A stretch of DNA of 64,000 bases from Gemmatimonadales bacterium (lineage in GTDB: Bacteria; Gemmatimonadota; Gemmatimonadetes; Gemmatimonadales; GWC2-71-9), in NCBI GenBank assembly GCA_041741375.1, contig JBGSKF010000143.1:18633-82632 (forward strand), read 5' to 3'. Positions within the stretch are counted from its first letter, which is position 1; every line of letters starts with the position of its first letter. The translations under genes and the position numbers were made by a program. Shown here piece after piece: positions 51,628-60,845 of the stretch. Under the pieces are notes generated by a model. The model did not search any database and had not been told where the DNA came from. It was given only the letters and a program-made list of their open reading frames with translations.

Positions 51628-54516
51628 TTATGCGAGTACCCACCGGATCGTGAACAGCGTCCGCCGGGCGGTACTCTGCTCCAGCTTCCCCTCGATCCCC
51701 TCGATCAGGGCGTCCCGCCGAGCATCGATCGCGTCCTGAGCCTCGAAGAGAGTGCGTCGCTTCTGGTTCCGCTGGGTCTCCAGCGTCTTGATCCGCTTCT
51801 GGCCCTCCAGCTTTTCCTCCAGCGTCTGCATCAGCGCCGCCGCCCGCCGTGCCTCGCGGATCTCCCGGTCCATTTCCTTGATATCCCGTTCCAACCCCAC
51901 CTTCAAGTCGTCCGCCCAGCCGTCCAGCTTGGTCGCCTCGGCCTCGAAAAACCGGGCATTCCGTTCCGAGATGGTCCGCCGGATCTCCCCCTCCTGCTGC
52001 CCCCCGATCGCCGCCAGCGATGCCGGCACGTTCTCGGGATCGGCCGAGCCGGTGACCATGCCAGGAAGCGACAGAAGCCGCGAAACGATGTCGGGGTCGA
52101 GTGCCTCCCCGGTGTCGGTCTGTGCCGCCAGCAGGATGTGGTCTTCCCCCTGATCGAGCGTCTCGATGCTCAGCAGCGTCGCTGTCAACCAGCCGGATGT
52201 CCCGACCAGCGGCTCCAGAACGGAGATCCTCCCCTCATGGTCACTATACCGGAACTCGACCGTCGCAGGCCGGAGTGTGCGTGCGCCCGCGCGCTCCAGC
52301 AGCCACTGCGCCAGGGGGTGGCTCAAGCGGTACAGGTGCGCGTCGCCGGTCCGGCGGGGGAGTTCGTACCGCCCCAGGGGGACCTCGGTGTCCAGGACCC
52401 CGTCCGGCAGGCGGTGCAGGTCGAAACTCGCGTCGTCCAGAAAGTCTGCGTCCGCGCCGAGCTCGTGGCGGGTCAGTTCGATGAGCAGGCGTTCGTACCG
52501 GTTGAGTGAGGCCCTGGCGTCACTGTCGCGGGTCCGGAGTTTTTCGCGGACCTCGTCGTCGAAGTTCTCCAGGAGCTGTTGCCGGGTCCGTGCCATCGAT
52601 TCGCTGATTTCCAGGCTCAATTCCAGCTGCAGCTCATCGAAGGCCTGTTGAATTTCCTCGGGATGCCGGCAGGTCTGGTAGATGGCCGCGATCCGCTTCT
52701 CGAAATCAACTCCCGATTCCAGGGCGCCCAGGATGTCATCGCTGGCCCCGAAGACTCCCTCGAACAGCCGGAACTTCCGGGACAGCAGCTCATACACCCG
52801 TTGATCCGCTGCGTTCTTGCGGTTGATGAAGTTGACCACCACCACGTCGTGCCGCTGGCCGTACCGGTGGCACCGCCCGATCCGTTGTTCGATGCGTTGC
52901 GGGTTCCAGGGGAGGTCGTAGTTCACCACCAGGGAACAGAACTGCAGGTTGATCCCCTCGGCGCCGGCCTCGGTGGCGATCATGATCCGGCCCTGTTCGC
53001 GGAAATAGTCGACCAGCGCCGAGCGCATGTCCGCGGTGCGGGAGCCGGTGACGTGCTCGGTATCGCGATGCCGCTCGATCCACTCGGCGTAGATCGCCCG
53101 GGAGCGCTCGTCGGTGTTGGAGCCGTTGAACAGGACGATCCCCTCGCAAAAGGGGCTGTCCATGAGCAGGCGGAGGAGGTAGCTCTGGGTCCGGCGGCTC
53201 TCCGTGAAGATGATCGCCTTCTCGGCGCCGCCCAGCTCGGCGGTCCGGCGGAAGGCGACCTCCAACGCCCTGATCAGAGCCTTTCCCTTGGCATTGTGCT
53301 CGACGGAGGTTGCCAGCGCTATGAACGTATCGAGGTCCGCCATCTCGTGAACGATGCTCTCGCGGTCCTCGGCGGAAAGATCGTCGCCCGGAGGATCCTC
53401 CGGCCATTCCTCGGCCGTTTCGTCCAGCGCTTCGTAGTCGTGGTCCAGCTCCTCATCCAGTCGCTCCGACGGTTCCTCCTGTTGGAGTCGGCGGTGCAGG
53501 CGCTCCCGCATCGTCGTCAGGGCGCCCGCAATGGCGAAAGTCGATGACGCGAGAAGTTTCCGCAGCACCAGCGTGATGAGGGACCGCTGGCCGGCGGGGA
53601 GGGCCTGCAGGTTGGGGCGCTGCAGATACTCCGACACGAGGTGGTAGAGCCGGTCCTCGCCCTCTTCGGGGGTGAATTCTTCCACGAGAGGGAGCCGCCG
53701 GGTGTACGGGATGTAGGCGGTCACCTGGCGGCGCAGGGTTCGATGGCAGAGGGGACGGAGGCGGGCCCGCAGCTGGTCGAAGGCGCCGGGATGGTCCAGC
53801 GAGGAGAATTGGTCGCGGAAGCTCCGAATATCCCCGAAGAGATGATCATCGATGACGCTGACGAGCCCATACAGTTCCATCAGCGAGTTCTGAAGGGGCG
53901 TGGCGGTCAGCAGGAGCTTGTGACGTCCGGCCAGGGCCTGCTTCAGGGTATTCGCGATGACGTTCGCCGGTTTGTATACGTTGCGGAGGCGGTGGGCCTC
54001 GTCAATCACGACCAGATCCCAGGGCACGGAGCGGACGTCGTCCGCCTTGCTGCGGGCAAACTGGTAGGAACAGATGACGATGTCGGGCGCTTCGAACGGT
54101 CGGACCTCTCCCTGCCTGACAGAGGCGTTGTAGGACCTCGATTCCAGGATGCGGCAGGGAAGGAAGAACTTTTCGGTGAGTTCCTGCAGCCACTGCTTGC
54201 GGAGATTGGCCGGGGTGATCACCAGGATCCTCCGCTTCCGTTCCGCCCACCGTTGGGCCATCACCAGGCCCGCTTCGATGGTCTTTCCCAACCCCACCTC
54301 ATCGGCCAGGAGGGCTCCCTGGGCCAGGGGCGACGCGAAGGCAAAGAGGGCCGCATCCACCTGGTGCGGGTTCAGATCCACCTGCGCACTGGCCACGGCA
54401 CCGGCCAGGCGCTCGGGACTGTCCGGCGGGAACCGGCGGGTGAGCTGGTGGGCAATGAACATCGCGTGATAGTCCGTCAGCATCGTCACACCACCTCCGT
54501 TTCCAGTCATGGTCAT
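51628..54516 (-). CDS. SNF2-family helicase with long C-terminal domain and coiled coil
   Basis: ORF 51628..54516. LADEVGLGKT, VVIDEAHRLRN, LLLTATPLQN, helicase C QRIGRCHRYGQ. About 340 aa of C-terminal extension ends in a coiled coil. Confidence 0.9.
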   Translation of the reverse strand: MTMTGNGGGVTMLTDYHAMFIAHQLTRRFPPDSPERLAGAVASAQVDLNPHQVDAALFAFASPLAQGALLADEVGLGKTIEAGLVMAQRWAERKRRILVITPANLRKQWLQELTEKFFLPCRILESRSYNASVRQGEVRPFEAPDIVICSYQFARSKADDVRSVPWDLVVIDEAHRLRNVYKPANVIANTLKQALAGRHKLLLTATPLQNSLMELYGLVSVIDDHLFGDIRSFRDQFSSLDHPGAFDQLRARLRPLCHRTLRRQVTAYIPYTRRLPLVEEFTPEEGEDRLYHLVSEYLQRPNLQALPAGQRSLITLVLRKLLASSTFAIAGALTTMRERLHRRLQQEEPSERLDEELDHDYEALDETAEEWPEDPPGDDLSAEDRESIVHEMADLDTFIALATSVEHNAKGKALIRALEVAFRRTAELGGAEKAIIFTESRRTQSYLLRLLMDSPFCEGIVLFNGSNTDERSRAIYAEWIERHRDTEHVTGSRTADMRSALVDYFREQGRIMIATEAGAEGINLQFCSLVVNYDLPWNPQRIEQRIGRCHRYGQRHDVVVVNFINRKNAADQRVYELLSRKFRLFEGVFGASDDILGALESGVDFEKRIAAIYQTCRHPEEIQQAFDELQLELSLEISESMARTRQQLLENFDDEVREKLRTRDSDARASLNRYERLLIELTRHELGADADFLDDASFDLHRLPDGVLDTEVPLGRYELPRRTGDAHLYRLSHPLAQWLLERAGARTLRPATVEFRYSDHEGRISVLEPLVGTSGWLTATLLSIETLDQGEDHILLAAQTDTGEALDPDIVSRLLSLPGMVTGSADPENVPASLAAIGGQQEGEIRRTISERNARFFEAEATKLDGWADDLKVGLERDIKEMDREIREARRAAALMQTLEEKLEGQKRIKTLETQRNQKRRTLFEAQDAIDARRDALIEGIEGKLEQSTARRTLFTIRWVLA

Positions 54517-55679
54517 GATGGTGCGCCAGGGTTCGTCACCCGCCGCACCGGCACCTGCTGCCTGAGCACATCCGCGCCGGCAGCATAGCCACGCTCTGAT
54601 CGGCTGGCGAGGCCCATCGCGACCAGCGTCTCCAGATCCCGCTGCAAAGTCTTCCCCGACAGCGTTGCGTAGTCCCGGGCAATCGCCGGTGTCAGTTCCA
54701 TGACCTCCCTCACCGTGAGTACCCGGTCCCTCGGCAGCGCCAGCGCCAGCCGTCGTTGCCGCACGAAGGCCGACTTTTTGGTGTACTGCTTCTCCGCGAA
54801 CTGGTCGTAGATCAACTTGATCCAGGTGATGTCGAACTGGTTGGCTTGAATGGTCTGGAGAGTGCGCAGGAGCCCGTCACGAAACCCCTGGACCGCGTAG
54901 TCGATGAACGCGCTGAGATCCCGGCGGTCATGGGCCAGTTGGATCTGGCGGTAGTACTCCGTCCGCGTCTCGTTGTAGTGATTGGAGAGGATGTGCGAGG
55001 CGATGTCGGGGTTCCCCGCCCGCAGCAGGAGGTAGAACTCGACCAGGCGGCCAGTGCGTCCGTTGCCATCGGCGAAGGGGTGGATCCACTCAATGTACAC
55101 ATGGGTCACGATGGCCTGGATCACCGCCTCCGCGAAGGTTTGACCGTCCTCATACCGGAACTGCCGCGGCAGCCAGTCACAGAGCCGGGTCACCAGTTCC
55201 GGCACGTCCTGGTATGCCGGGGTGCGGTAGGGCCCCACCCGCCGGTGATCTTCCCGAAAGCGCCCCGGGATGGCATCGAAGTGCGGGCCCAGCTCCTTGC
55301 CGATCATCTGGTGGAAGCGGCGGAGCAGATCCGCCGAGATGCGTTCGGCGTTCCCCTGGACGGCCACCTCCTGGAGCAGAATGTTGAACGCGTCCAGGAT
55401 GTTCCGCACCTCCTGCTCCTGGTACTGCTTGCTGGGCGGGAGAGACTTTCCCTCGACGACCTGCTCAATCTCCTCCTCGGAGAGGGTGTTGCCCTCGATG
55501 GCGGTCGTGGCTTGAGCCCCCTTGGTCAGGGATACCAGCAGCAGGCGGCGATGGTACTCCGGCAGGAGCGGGGCGTTGGCGATCGCCTGGACGATGGCGT
55601 CGCACTGCCCCAGCTCGTAGTGTGTTTTTGAGCTGAGGTTCCAGTGCCTGTTGAAGTGGAGGTGATCGTATGCACTCAA
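54513..55679 (-). CDS. Fic-domain protein with N-terminal inhibitory motif and C-terminal winged helix
   Basis: ORF 54513..55679 (TTG). Fic motif HPFADGNGRTGRL. (S/T)xxxE(G/N)-type motif TTAIEGN. ATGA overlap with the SNF2 start. Confidence 0.9.
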   Translation of the reverse strand: MSAYDHLHFNRHWNLSSKTHYELGQCDAIVQAIANAPLLPEYHRRLLLVSLTKGAQATTAIEGNTLSEEEIEQVVEGKSLPPSKQYQEQEVRNILDAFNILLQEVAVQGNAERISADLLRRFHQMIGKELGPHFDAIPGRFREDHRRVGPYRTPAYQDVPELVTRLCDWLPRQFRYEDGQTFAEAVIQAIVTHVYIEWIHPFADGNGRTGRLVEFYLLLRAGNPDIASHILSNHYNETRTEYYRQIQLAHDRRDLSAFIDYAVQGFRDGLLRTLQTIQANQFDITWIKLIYDQFAEKQYTKKSAFVRQRRLALALPRDRVLTVREVMELTPAIARDYATLSGKTLQRDLETLVAMGLASRSERGYAAGADVLRQQVPVRRVTNPGAPS

Positions 55680-55703
55680 GACATCACCCCGGACAGTTGA
55701 AGA

Positions 55704-55727
55704 GACAAATAATATAGCCTATTTGTC
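55704..55727 (-). promoter_or_regulatory. perfect 8-bp inverted repeat overlapping a TATATT box upstream of fic
   Basis: gacaaata (55704-55711) and tatttgtc (55720-55727). On the minus strand it reads gacaaataggctatattatttgtc, about 25-50 nt before the TTG start. Confidence 0.4.
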
Positions 55728-55840
55728 CCCTACGCTATAACGCTATGCGTGTCAGCCTGATAGTAAATCGCTTTTATTATGACATTCTGGACAATAAAGT
55801 GGACATTTCCTTGGATAATCCTGCCGGAGACAAGGACGAT

Positions 55841-55891
55841 CTGCGCGAGAATGTCCACCAGGAGATGGAGTGCCGCGACCGGCACGGTGAT
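55841..55891 (-). pseudogene. fragment of an HTH-antitoxin gene, inverted copy of 50739-50789
   Basis: 49 of 51 nt match the reverse complement of 50739-50789. Encodes ITVPVAALHLLVDILAQ, then diverges without an HTH. Confidence 0.6.
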
Positions 55892-56242
55892 GATCAGATC
55901 GTGACTCACAGGCTGGCGGCCTGGCCGCAGAGCGGCCGCTTCACTGTACTGGTTCCCATGGCTGAAGCCGCAGGCCATCTCCTGTGGCCCAACCCCAGAT
56001 CCTGTCCTAATACTAGAGTCATGATTGTGATCTTATTCTGATGTGTTGCTCTATCTGGTTGGATTGCAATGCTTTATGCCATGCAACGATCTTTCTGACC
56101 ACTGTGCACCATGAAATACTTTCACGGTGATAGGCGAGCCCAGTAGCCCGCAGGGCTCCGGTGGCCAGGCGGGTAGGGGAACCAGTCTGGGCAGAATTCA
56201 CTCTGCGTCGTCGGTGTCATCAGTGGTTTCTTCCGGGGGGGG

Positions 56243-56292
56243 TAGGACATAGGACGTAGGACATAGGACGTAGGACATAGGACATGGGACAT
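56243..56292. repeat. TAGGAC(A/G) heptad tandem array
   Basis: taggacataggacgtaggacataggacgtaggacataggacatgggaca. Confidence 0.85.
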
Positions 56293-56304
56293 TGTCCCAA
56301 ACAC

Positions 56305-56363
56305 CCCACTCCCTACTCCCGATTCCCTACTCCCTACTCCCGATTCCCCACTCCCCACTCCCT
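56305..56363. repeat. CCCTACT-type heptad array
   Basis: ccccactccctactcccgattccctactccctactcccgattccccactccccactccc. Confidence 0.85.
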
Positions 56364-56375
56364 TATGTTTGACTC

Positions 56376-57236
56376 GTGCCAAATTCCGTCAGCGACACTC
56401 CTCACGCCCGAACTGCTCACCGGGAGGTACGCGGGGTCTCTCTCTTCGAGCGACGCCTCGGGTCGGGGCCGCCAGTGGTGGTGCTCCACGGGGGGCCCGG
56501 AGCTCATCATGACTACCTCCTCCCCGGTTTCGATACCCTCGCCACCGGTCGGGAGCTGATCTACTACGATCAGCGGGGCGGGGGGCAGTCGGCGGTGGAC
56601 CGGGAGGTTCCGGTCGGGTGGCGGGAACAGGTGGCCGATCTCGATGCGCTTCGCGACCTCTGGGACCTGGAGACGCTCACCCTCACCGGCTACTCCTGGG
56701 GCGGCCTCCTCGCCCTCCTCTACGCGCTGGAGCATCCGGGGCGCGTCGAGCGGCTCGCGCTGGTTTCTCCCGCGCCCTGCTGGCGCGGGGCAAGAGCGGC
56801 CTTCGAGGAACGGTTCGCCGAGCGGAGCAGGGCACCCGCGATTCTGACCGCGCGGCAGGAACTGCGGGAGAGCGGTTTGCAGGCCGAGAACCCCGAGGCG
56901 TACCAGCGTCGTTCCTTCGAATTGACCGTCGCCGGCTACTTCCACGATCCCGCTCGGGCCCGCGACCTGACCCCGTTCCGCGTCACCGGTCGCACTCAGC
57001 AGGAGGTCTGGTCCAGTCTCGGCGACTACGATCTCCGGCCCCGGCTCGCGGAACTCACCATGCCCTCCCTCGTGATTCACGGGGAAGACGACCCCATTCC
57101 GACCAGCGCCGCGGAGACCCTGGCGCGGGGACTCGGAGCCGAGTTCGTTCCCCTCCCGGCGTGCGGCCATGTACCATACGTCGAGTCGCTCGATCTCTTT
57201 CGCGAGGAGCTCCACCGGTTCCTTCCGCATGACTGA
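56376..57236 (+). CDS. alpha/beta hydrolase (proline iminopeptidase-like)
   Basis: ORF 56376..57236 (GTG). VVVLHGGPGAHHDY, nucleophile elbow GYSWGG, C-terminal ACGHVPY. Confidence 0.8.
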   Translation: MPNSVSDTPHARTAHREVRGVSLFERRLGSGPPVVVLHGGPGAHHDYLLPGFDTLATGRELIYYDQRGGGQSAVDREVPVGWREQVADLDALRDLWDLETLTLTGYSWGGLLALLYALEHPGRVERLALVSPAPCWRGARAAFEERFAERSRAPAILTARQELRESGLQAENPEAYQRRSFELTVAGYFHDPARARDLTPFRVTGRTQQEVWSSLGDYDLRPRLAELTMPSLVIHGEDDPIPTSAAETLARGLGAEFVPLPACGHVPYVESLDLFREELHRFLPHD

Positions 57237-57891
57237 GCCCCGTTCCACGCCGTTCCGGCATCTCCTGGCCCCGGTGGCCGAGGAGCGGTTTCCGGCGGTG
57301 AGTGAAACGCTGTGTGAGACGGGTGTCGATGCCCGGGATCGGGATGCCTTTCTCCTGGCCCCACCGGTGGCGGAGATGATTCGCGACCTGCGGCCGGAGG
57401 AAGGTCTGGGGGATGCGATCGACCCCTTCGTGGCGCTGATCCATGCCGCGTATCTTCACTGGGCGACGGGTGCGGTGGAACAGGAGGTGACCGGGCCGCG
57501 GCTCGCCGAGGCGCTTGCGGGGTTGCCGGGGACTCCGATCCCTCTCGACACCGGCACCCCGTACCTGCAACTTCCTCCCAGACGCCTGTGGGGTACCCCG
57601 GTGGAGGGTCAGCCCGCCGAGCCTCTCGATGGATGTTTCGTGACCCGGATGCGCGATCAACTCGCCGTGGTGGCTGCCTTCGGCTTTCATCCGGCGCGGT
57701 TCGGGTTGACGGTGGTGGAGGTGACCGGCGCCGATCCCGGTTCCCTAACGCGGCCCGATGGATCAGCTCTCTTTGCCCCCACCTTGCCGGGAGGTGCCGA
57801 GGCGGGCCTCGCGAGCGTGACCGGAATGGAGGAGCTGCTCTGTCTGGTCTGGCGTCTGGTGGGAGAGGGACTCGAGGGAAGGAGCCGATGA
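57229..57891 (+). CDS. hypothetical protein
   Basis: ORF 57169..57891 from ATG 57229. Overlaps the upstream stop, and has an ATGA overlap with polX. No recognised domain. Confidence 0.5.
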   Translation: MTEPRSTPFRHLLAPVAEERFPAVSETLCETGVDARDRDAFLLAPPVAEMIRDLRPEEGLGDAIDPFVALIHAAYLHWATGAVEQEVTGPRLAEALAGLPGTPIPLDTGTPYLQLPPRRLWGTPVEGQPAEPLDGCFVTRMRDQLAVVAAFGFHPARFGLTVVEVTGADPGSLTRPDGSALFAPTLPGGAEAGLASVTGMEELLCLVWRLVGEGLEGRSR

Positions 57892-59627
57892 TGCACACAG
57901 CCGTGATGGACAAGGCCGCGGTGGCGCAGGTGCTGGAGCAGATCGCGGCGATGATGGAACTGGTGGGCGAGAACCCCTTCCGGGTGAGGGCCTTCCGCAC
58001 GGCGGCCCGGGCGCTGGGGGGGCTGCACGGGGAGATCGCCCCCGCGCTGGCGGACGGAACCGTCGCGTCGATGAGCGGGATCGGCCCCGCGATTCTGCAG
58101 ATCGTGACGGACCTGGTGGGGACCGGGCACTCCCGGGTGCTGGAGGATCTCCGGGAGCGGGTCCCGCCGGGTCTTGTGGAGATGCTGGGCATCCCGGGGC
58201 TCGGCGTGTCCCGGATCCGGCAGATTCACGACCTCCTCGACATCGATTCCCTGCCGGAGCTCGAAACGGCCGCGCGGACCGGCCGACTCGCCGAGGTTCC
58301 CGGATTCGGCCCGAAAACGTGCGAGAACGTCCTCAAGGGAATTGCCTTTCTGCGCCGGGCGAGCGAGTTCCGGTTATTGCATCACGCCCGGGCCGAGATG
58401 GATCGCCTGGTGGGGATGCTGGAGGAGGTGCCGGGGGTGCTGCGGGCGATCCCGGCGGGAGAGGTGCGGCGCTGGAGCGAGGTGGTGCGGGACCTGGTGG
58501 TGGTGCTGGTGACGGATTCCGCTCCCGAGGAGGTGCTCCGCGCTCTCGGCGAGGTGCCGGGGATCAGCGAGTACTCCGAGCACGATGAGCGGGTGGCCAC
58601 GATCCGGGTGGCGGGTGGATCGGTGGCGCGGGTGATCGTGACGCCCCCGGTCAATCTCGGCGCCGTGCTGGTGCAGGCCACGGGGAGCGAGGGACATGTG
58701 GCCGAGCTGGGGGTGGTCGCGGCGGATCGGGGTTCCTCCCTGCGCGGCGGGGCGCTCTGGCAGGGGAGCACCTTCATCCCGACCCCCGATGAAGCCACCC
58801 TGTATCGCCATCTCGGCCTGCCGGAAATCCCGCCCGAGTTGCGGGAAGGCCGGGGGGAGACGCGGCGCTATGCGGGGGGCGTGCCGATGCTGGTGACGGA
58901 GAAGGACATCCTGGGATTGCTGCACTGCCACACCACCTACTCGGACGGCACCACCTCCGCAGAGGAACTGGCGCTCGCGTGCCACGAGGCGGGCTACCAG
59001 TACGTGGGCATCACCGATCACTCCCAGAGTGCCGCCTACGCCGGGGGCATCCGGACCGAGGACCTCCCCGCCCAGTGGACCGAGATCGACGAGGCGAACA
59101 CCCGGTTGGAGGGGATCCGGATCCTCAAGGGGATCGAGGCCGACATCCTGCCGGACGGGGGACTCGACTACGACGACGCGACCCTCGCGGGGTTCGACTT
59201 CGTCATCGCCTCGGTGCACAGCCGCTTCGGGCTCGACGCCGAGGCGATGACCGCGCGGGTGCTCGCGGCGATCGACAATCCGTACGTGGCGATCCTCGGG
59301 CATCCGAGCGGACGCTTGCTCCTGTCCCGCGATCCCTATCCCCTCGACTTTCCCGCGATCTTTGCCCGGGCCGCGGCCCGCGGGGTCGCCATCGAAATCA
59401 ACGCCGATCCCCACCGCCTCGACCTCGACTGGCGCCTCCTGGGCCAGGCCCGCGAGGCGGGGGTGATGATCTCCCTTGGCGCCGACGCCCACAGCCCCGC
59501 CGGCCTGGAACACATGCGCTATGGAGTGGCGATGGCCCGGAAGGGTGGTCTCGGCCCCGGGGACATCCTCAACACCCGGCCGGTCGAGGCGTTTCTCGCC
59601 TTTGCCCGGGCCCGGCGCCCGGAGTGA
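57888..59627 (+). CDS. polX: family X DNA polymerase with C-terminal PHP domain
   Basis: ORF 57588..59627 from ATG 57888 (gggaaggag Shine-Dalgarno). HhH motifs GIGPAI and GFGPKT. PHP domain HCHTTYSDG...ITDHS. Confidence 0.9.
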   Translation: MMHTAVMDKAAVAQVLEQIAAMMELVGENPFRVRAFRTAARALGGLHGEIAPALADGTVASMSGIGPAILQIVTDLVGTGHSRVLEDLRERVPPGLVEMLGIPGLGVSRIRQIHDLLDIDSLPELETAARTGRLAEVPGFGPKTCENVLKGIAFLRRASEFRLLHHARAEMDRLVGMLEEVPGVLRAIPAGEVRRWSEVVRDLVVVLVTDSAPEEVLRALGEVPGISEYSEHDERVATIRVAGGSVARVIVTPPVNLGAVLVQATGSEGHVAELGVVAADRGSSLRGGALWQGSTFIPTPDEATLYRHLGLPEIPPELREGRGETRRYAGGVPMLVTEKDILGLLHCHTTYSDGTTSAEELALACHEAGYQYVGITDHSQSAAYAGGIRTEDLPAQWTEIDEANTRLEGIRILKGIEADILPDGGLDYDDATLAGFDFVIASVHSRFGLDAEAMTARVLAAIDNPYVAILGHPSGRLLLSRDPYPLDFPAIFARAAARGVAIEINADPHRLDLDWRLLGQAREAGVMISLGADAHSPAGLEHMRYGVAMARKGGLGPGDILNTRPVEAFLAFARARRPE

Positions 59628-59629
59628 CG

Positions 59630-60304
59630 GTGGCACGCCGGACCGCGGCGGTCCCCTCCCCCCCGTCTCCCGCTCCCGCGCTCCGCACCCGGGCACGTGC
59701 CGTCCTCAGGCACCTGAAGAAGGCCTATCCCGATGCGCACTGCGCTCTGGACCATCGGACCCCGTTCGAACTCCTGGTGGCCACGATTCTCTCGGCCCAA
59801 TGCACCGACGTCCGGGTCAACCTCACGACCCCGGCCCTCTTCTCCCGGTACCCGACCCCGCGGGATCTGGCCGGCGCCGATCCGGGCGAGCTCGAGGCGC
59901 TCATCCGGCCGACCGGGTTCTTCCGGATGAAGGCGAGGAACCTGATCGGGATGGCGACGGCACTGGTGGAGACGCATGGGGGCGAGGTTCCCCGGACCAT
60001 GGAGGCGCTCCGGGACCTTCCCGGCGTGGGCCGGAAGACGGCGAATGTGATCCTCGGCAACGCCTTCGGGATGAACGAGGGGATCACCGTCGACACCCAC
60101 GTCGGACGGATCGCGCGTCTTCTCGAACTGACCCGGGCCACCGACCCGGAGCAGGTGGAACGGGATCTGATGGTCCTCATACCGCGGGGAGAGTGGACTC
60201 TCGTCTCCCATCTTCTCATCAGCCATGGCCGCGCCGTCTGCATCGCGCGCCGCCCCCGGTGTGACGACTGTGTCCTGCGCTCGGTCTGTCCGTCCGCCAC
60301 CTGA
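59630..60304 (+). CDS. nth: endonuclease III
   Basis: C-terminal 224 aa of ORF 58979..60304 from GTG 59630. Hh[17 protein letters not shown] and Fe-S cluster [17 protein letters not shown]. Confidence 0.9.
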   Translation: MARRTAAVPSPPSPAPALRTRARAVLRHLKKAYPDAHCALDHRTPFELLVATILSAQCTDVRVNLTTPALFSRYPTPRDLAGADPGELEALIRPTGFFRMKARNLIGMATALVETHGGEVPRTMEALRDLPGVGRKTANVILGNAFGMNEGITVDTHVGRIARLLELTRATDPEQVERDLMVLIPRGEWTLVSHLLISHGRAVCIARRPRCDDCVLRSVCPSAT

Positions 60305-60398
60305 ACGGCCCGGGCGACGTCCCCCATTACTATTCGGGCAGGTTTCACTCTGCTGGTTCACGGTGCACGGCACACAGACCCAAGGACACGACCGCCTC

Positions 60399-60845
60399 AT
60401 GAGCATTGCCACGATTGTCACTTCGCGCGGGACGATGACCGTTGAACTCTTCGACGACGAGGTCCCCGGGACAGTGGAAAACTTCCGGAAACTCGCCCAG
60501 GACGGGTTCTACGACGGTACCCGGTTCCACCGGGTGATCCCGAATTTCATGATTCAGGGCGGGGATCCTCTGAGCCGGACTCCCGGAGCGCGCGGAGTCG
60601 GGACCGGTGGCCCGGGGTACAAGATCAAGTGTGAAACCGACCGCAATGTGCACACCCATGTGGAGGGGACTCTCTCCATGGCGCATGCGGGACGGAACAC
60701 CGGCGGGAGCCAGTTCTTCATCTGTCACGGGCGGCAGGCCCATCTCGACGGCGTGCACACCGTGTTCGGGCAGGTAACCGAGGGGTTGGACGTGGTGCAC
60801 CAGATCCAGCAGAACGACGAGATCATCACTCTGGCCGTGAGCTGA
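60399..60845 (+). CDS. cyclophilin-type peptidyl-prolyl isomerase
   Basis: ORF 60225..60845 from ATG 60399. [22 protein letters not shown]. Confidence 0.9.
   Translation: MSIATIVTSRGTMTVELFDDEVPGTVENFRKLAQDGFYDGTRFHRVIPNFMIQGGDPLSRTPGARGVGTGGPGYKIKCETDRNVHTHVEGTLSMAHAGRNTGGSQFFICHGRQAHLDGVHTVFGQVTEGLDVVHQIQQNDEIITLAVS

Noticed and set aside
58979-59629. N-terminal extension of the ORF containing nth.
   Set aside because: It overlaps the PolX PHP domain in another frame. Endonuclease III homology begins only after GTG 59630, immediately past the polX stop.
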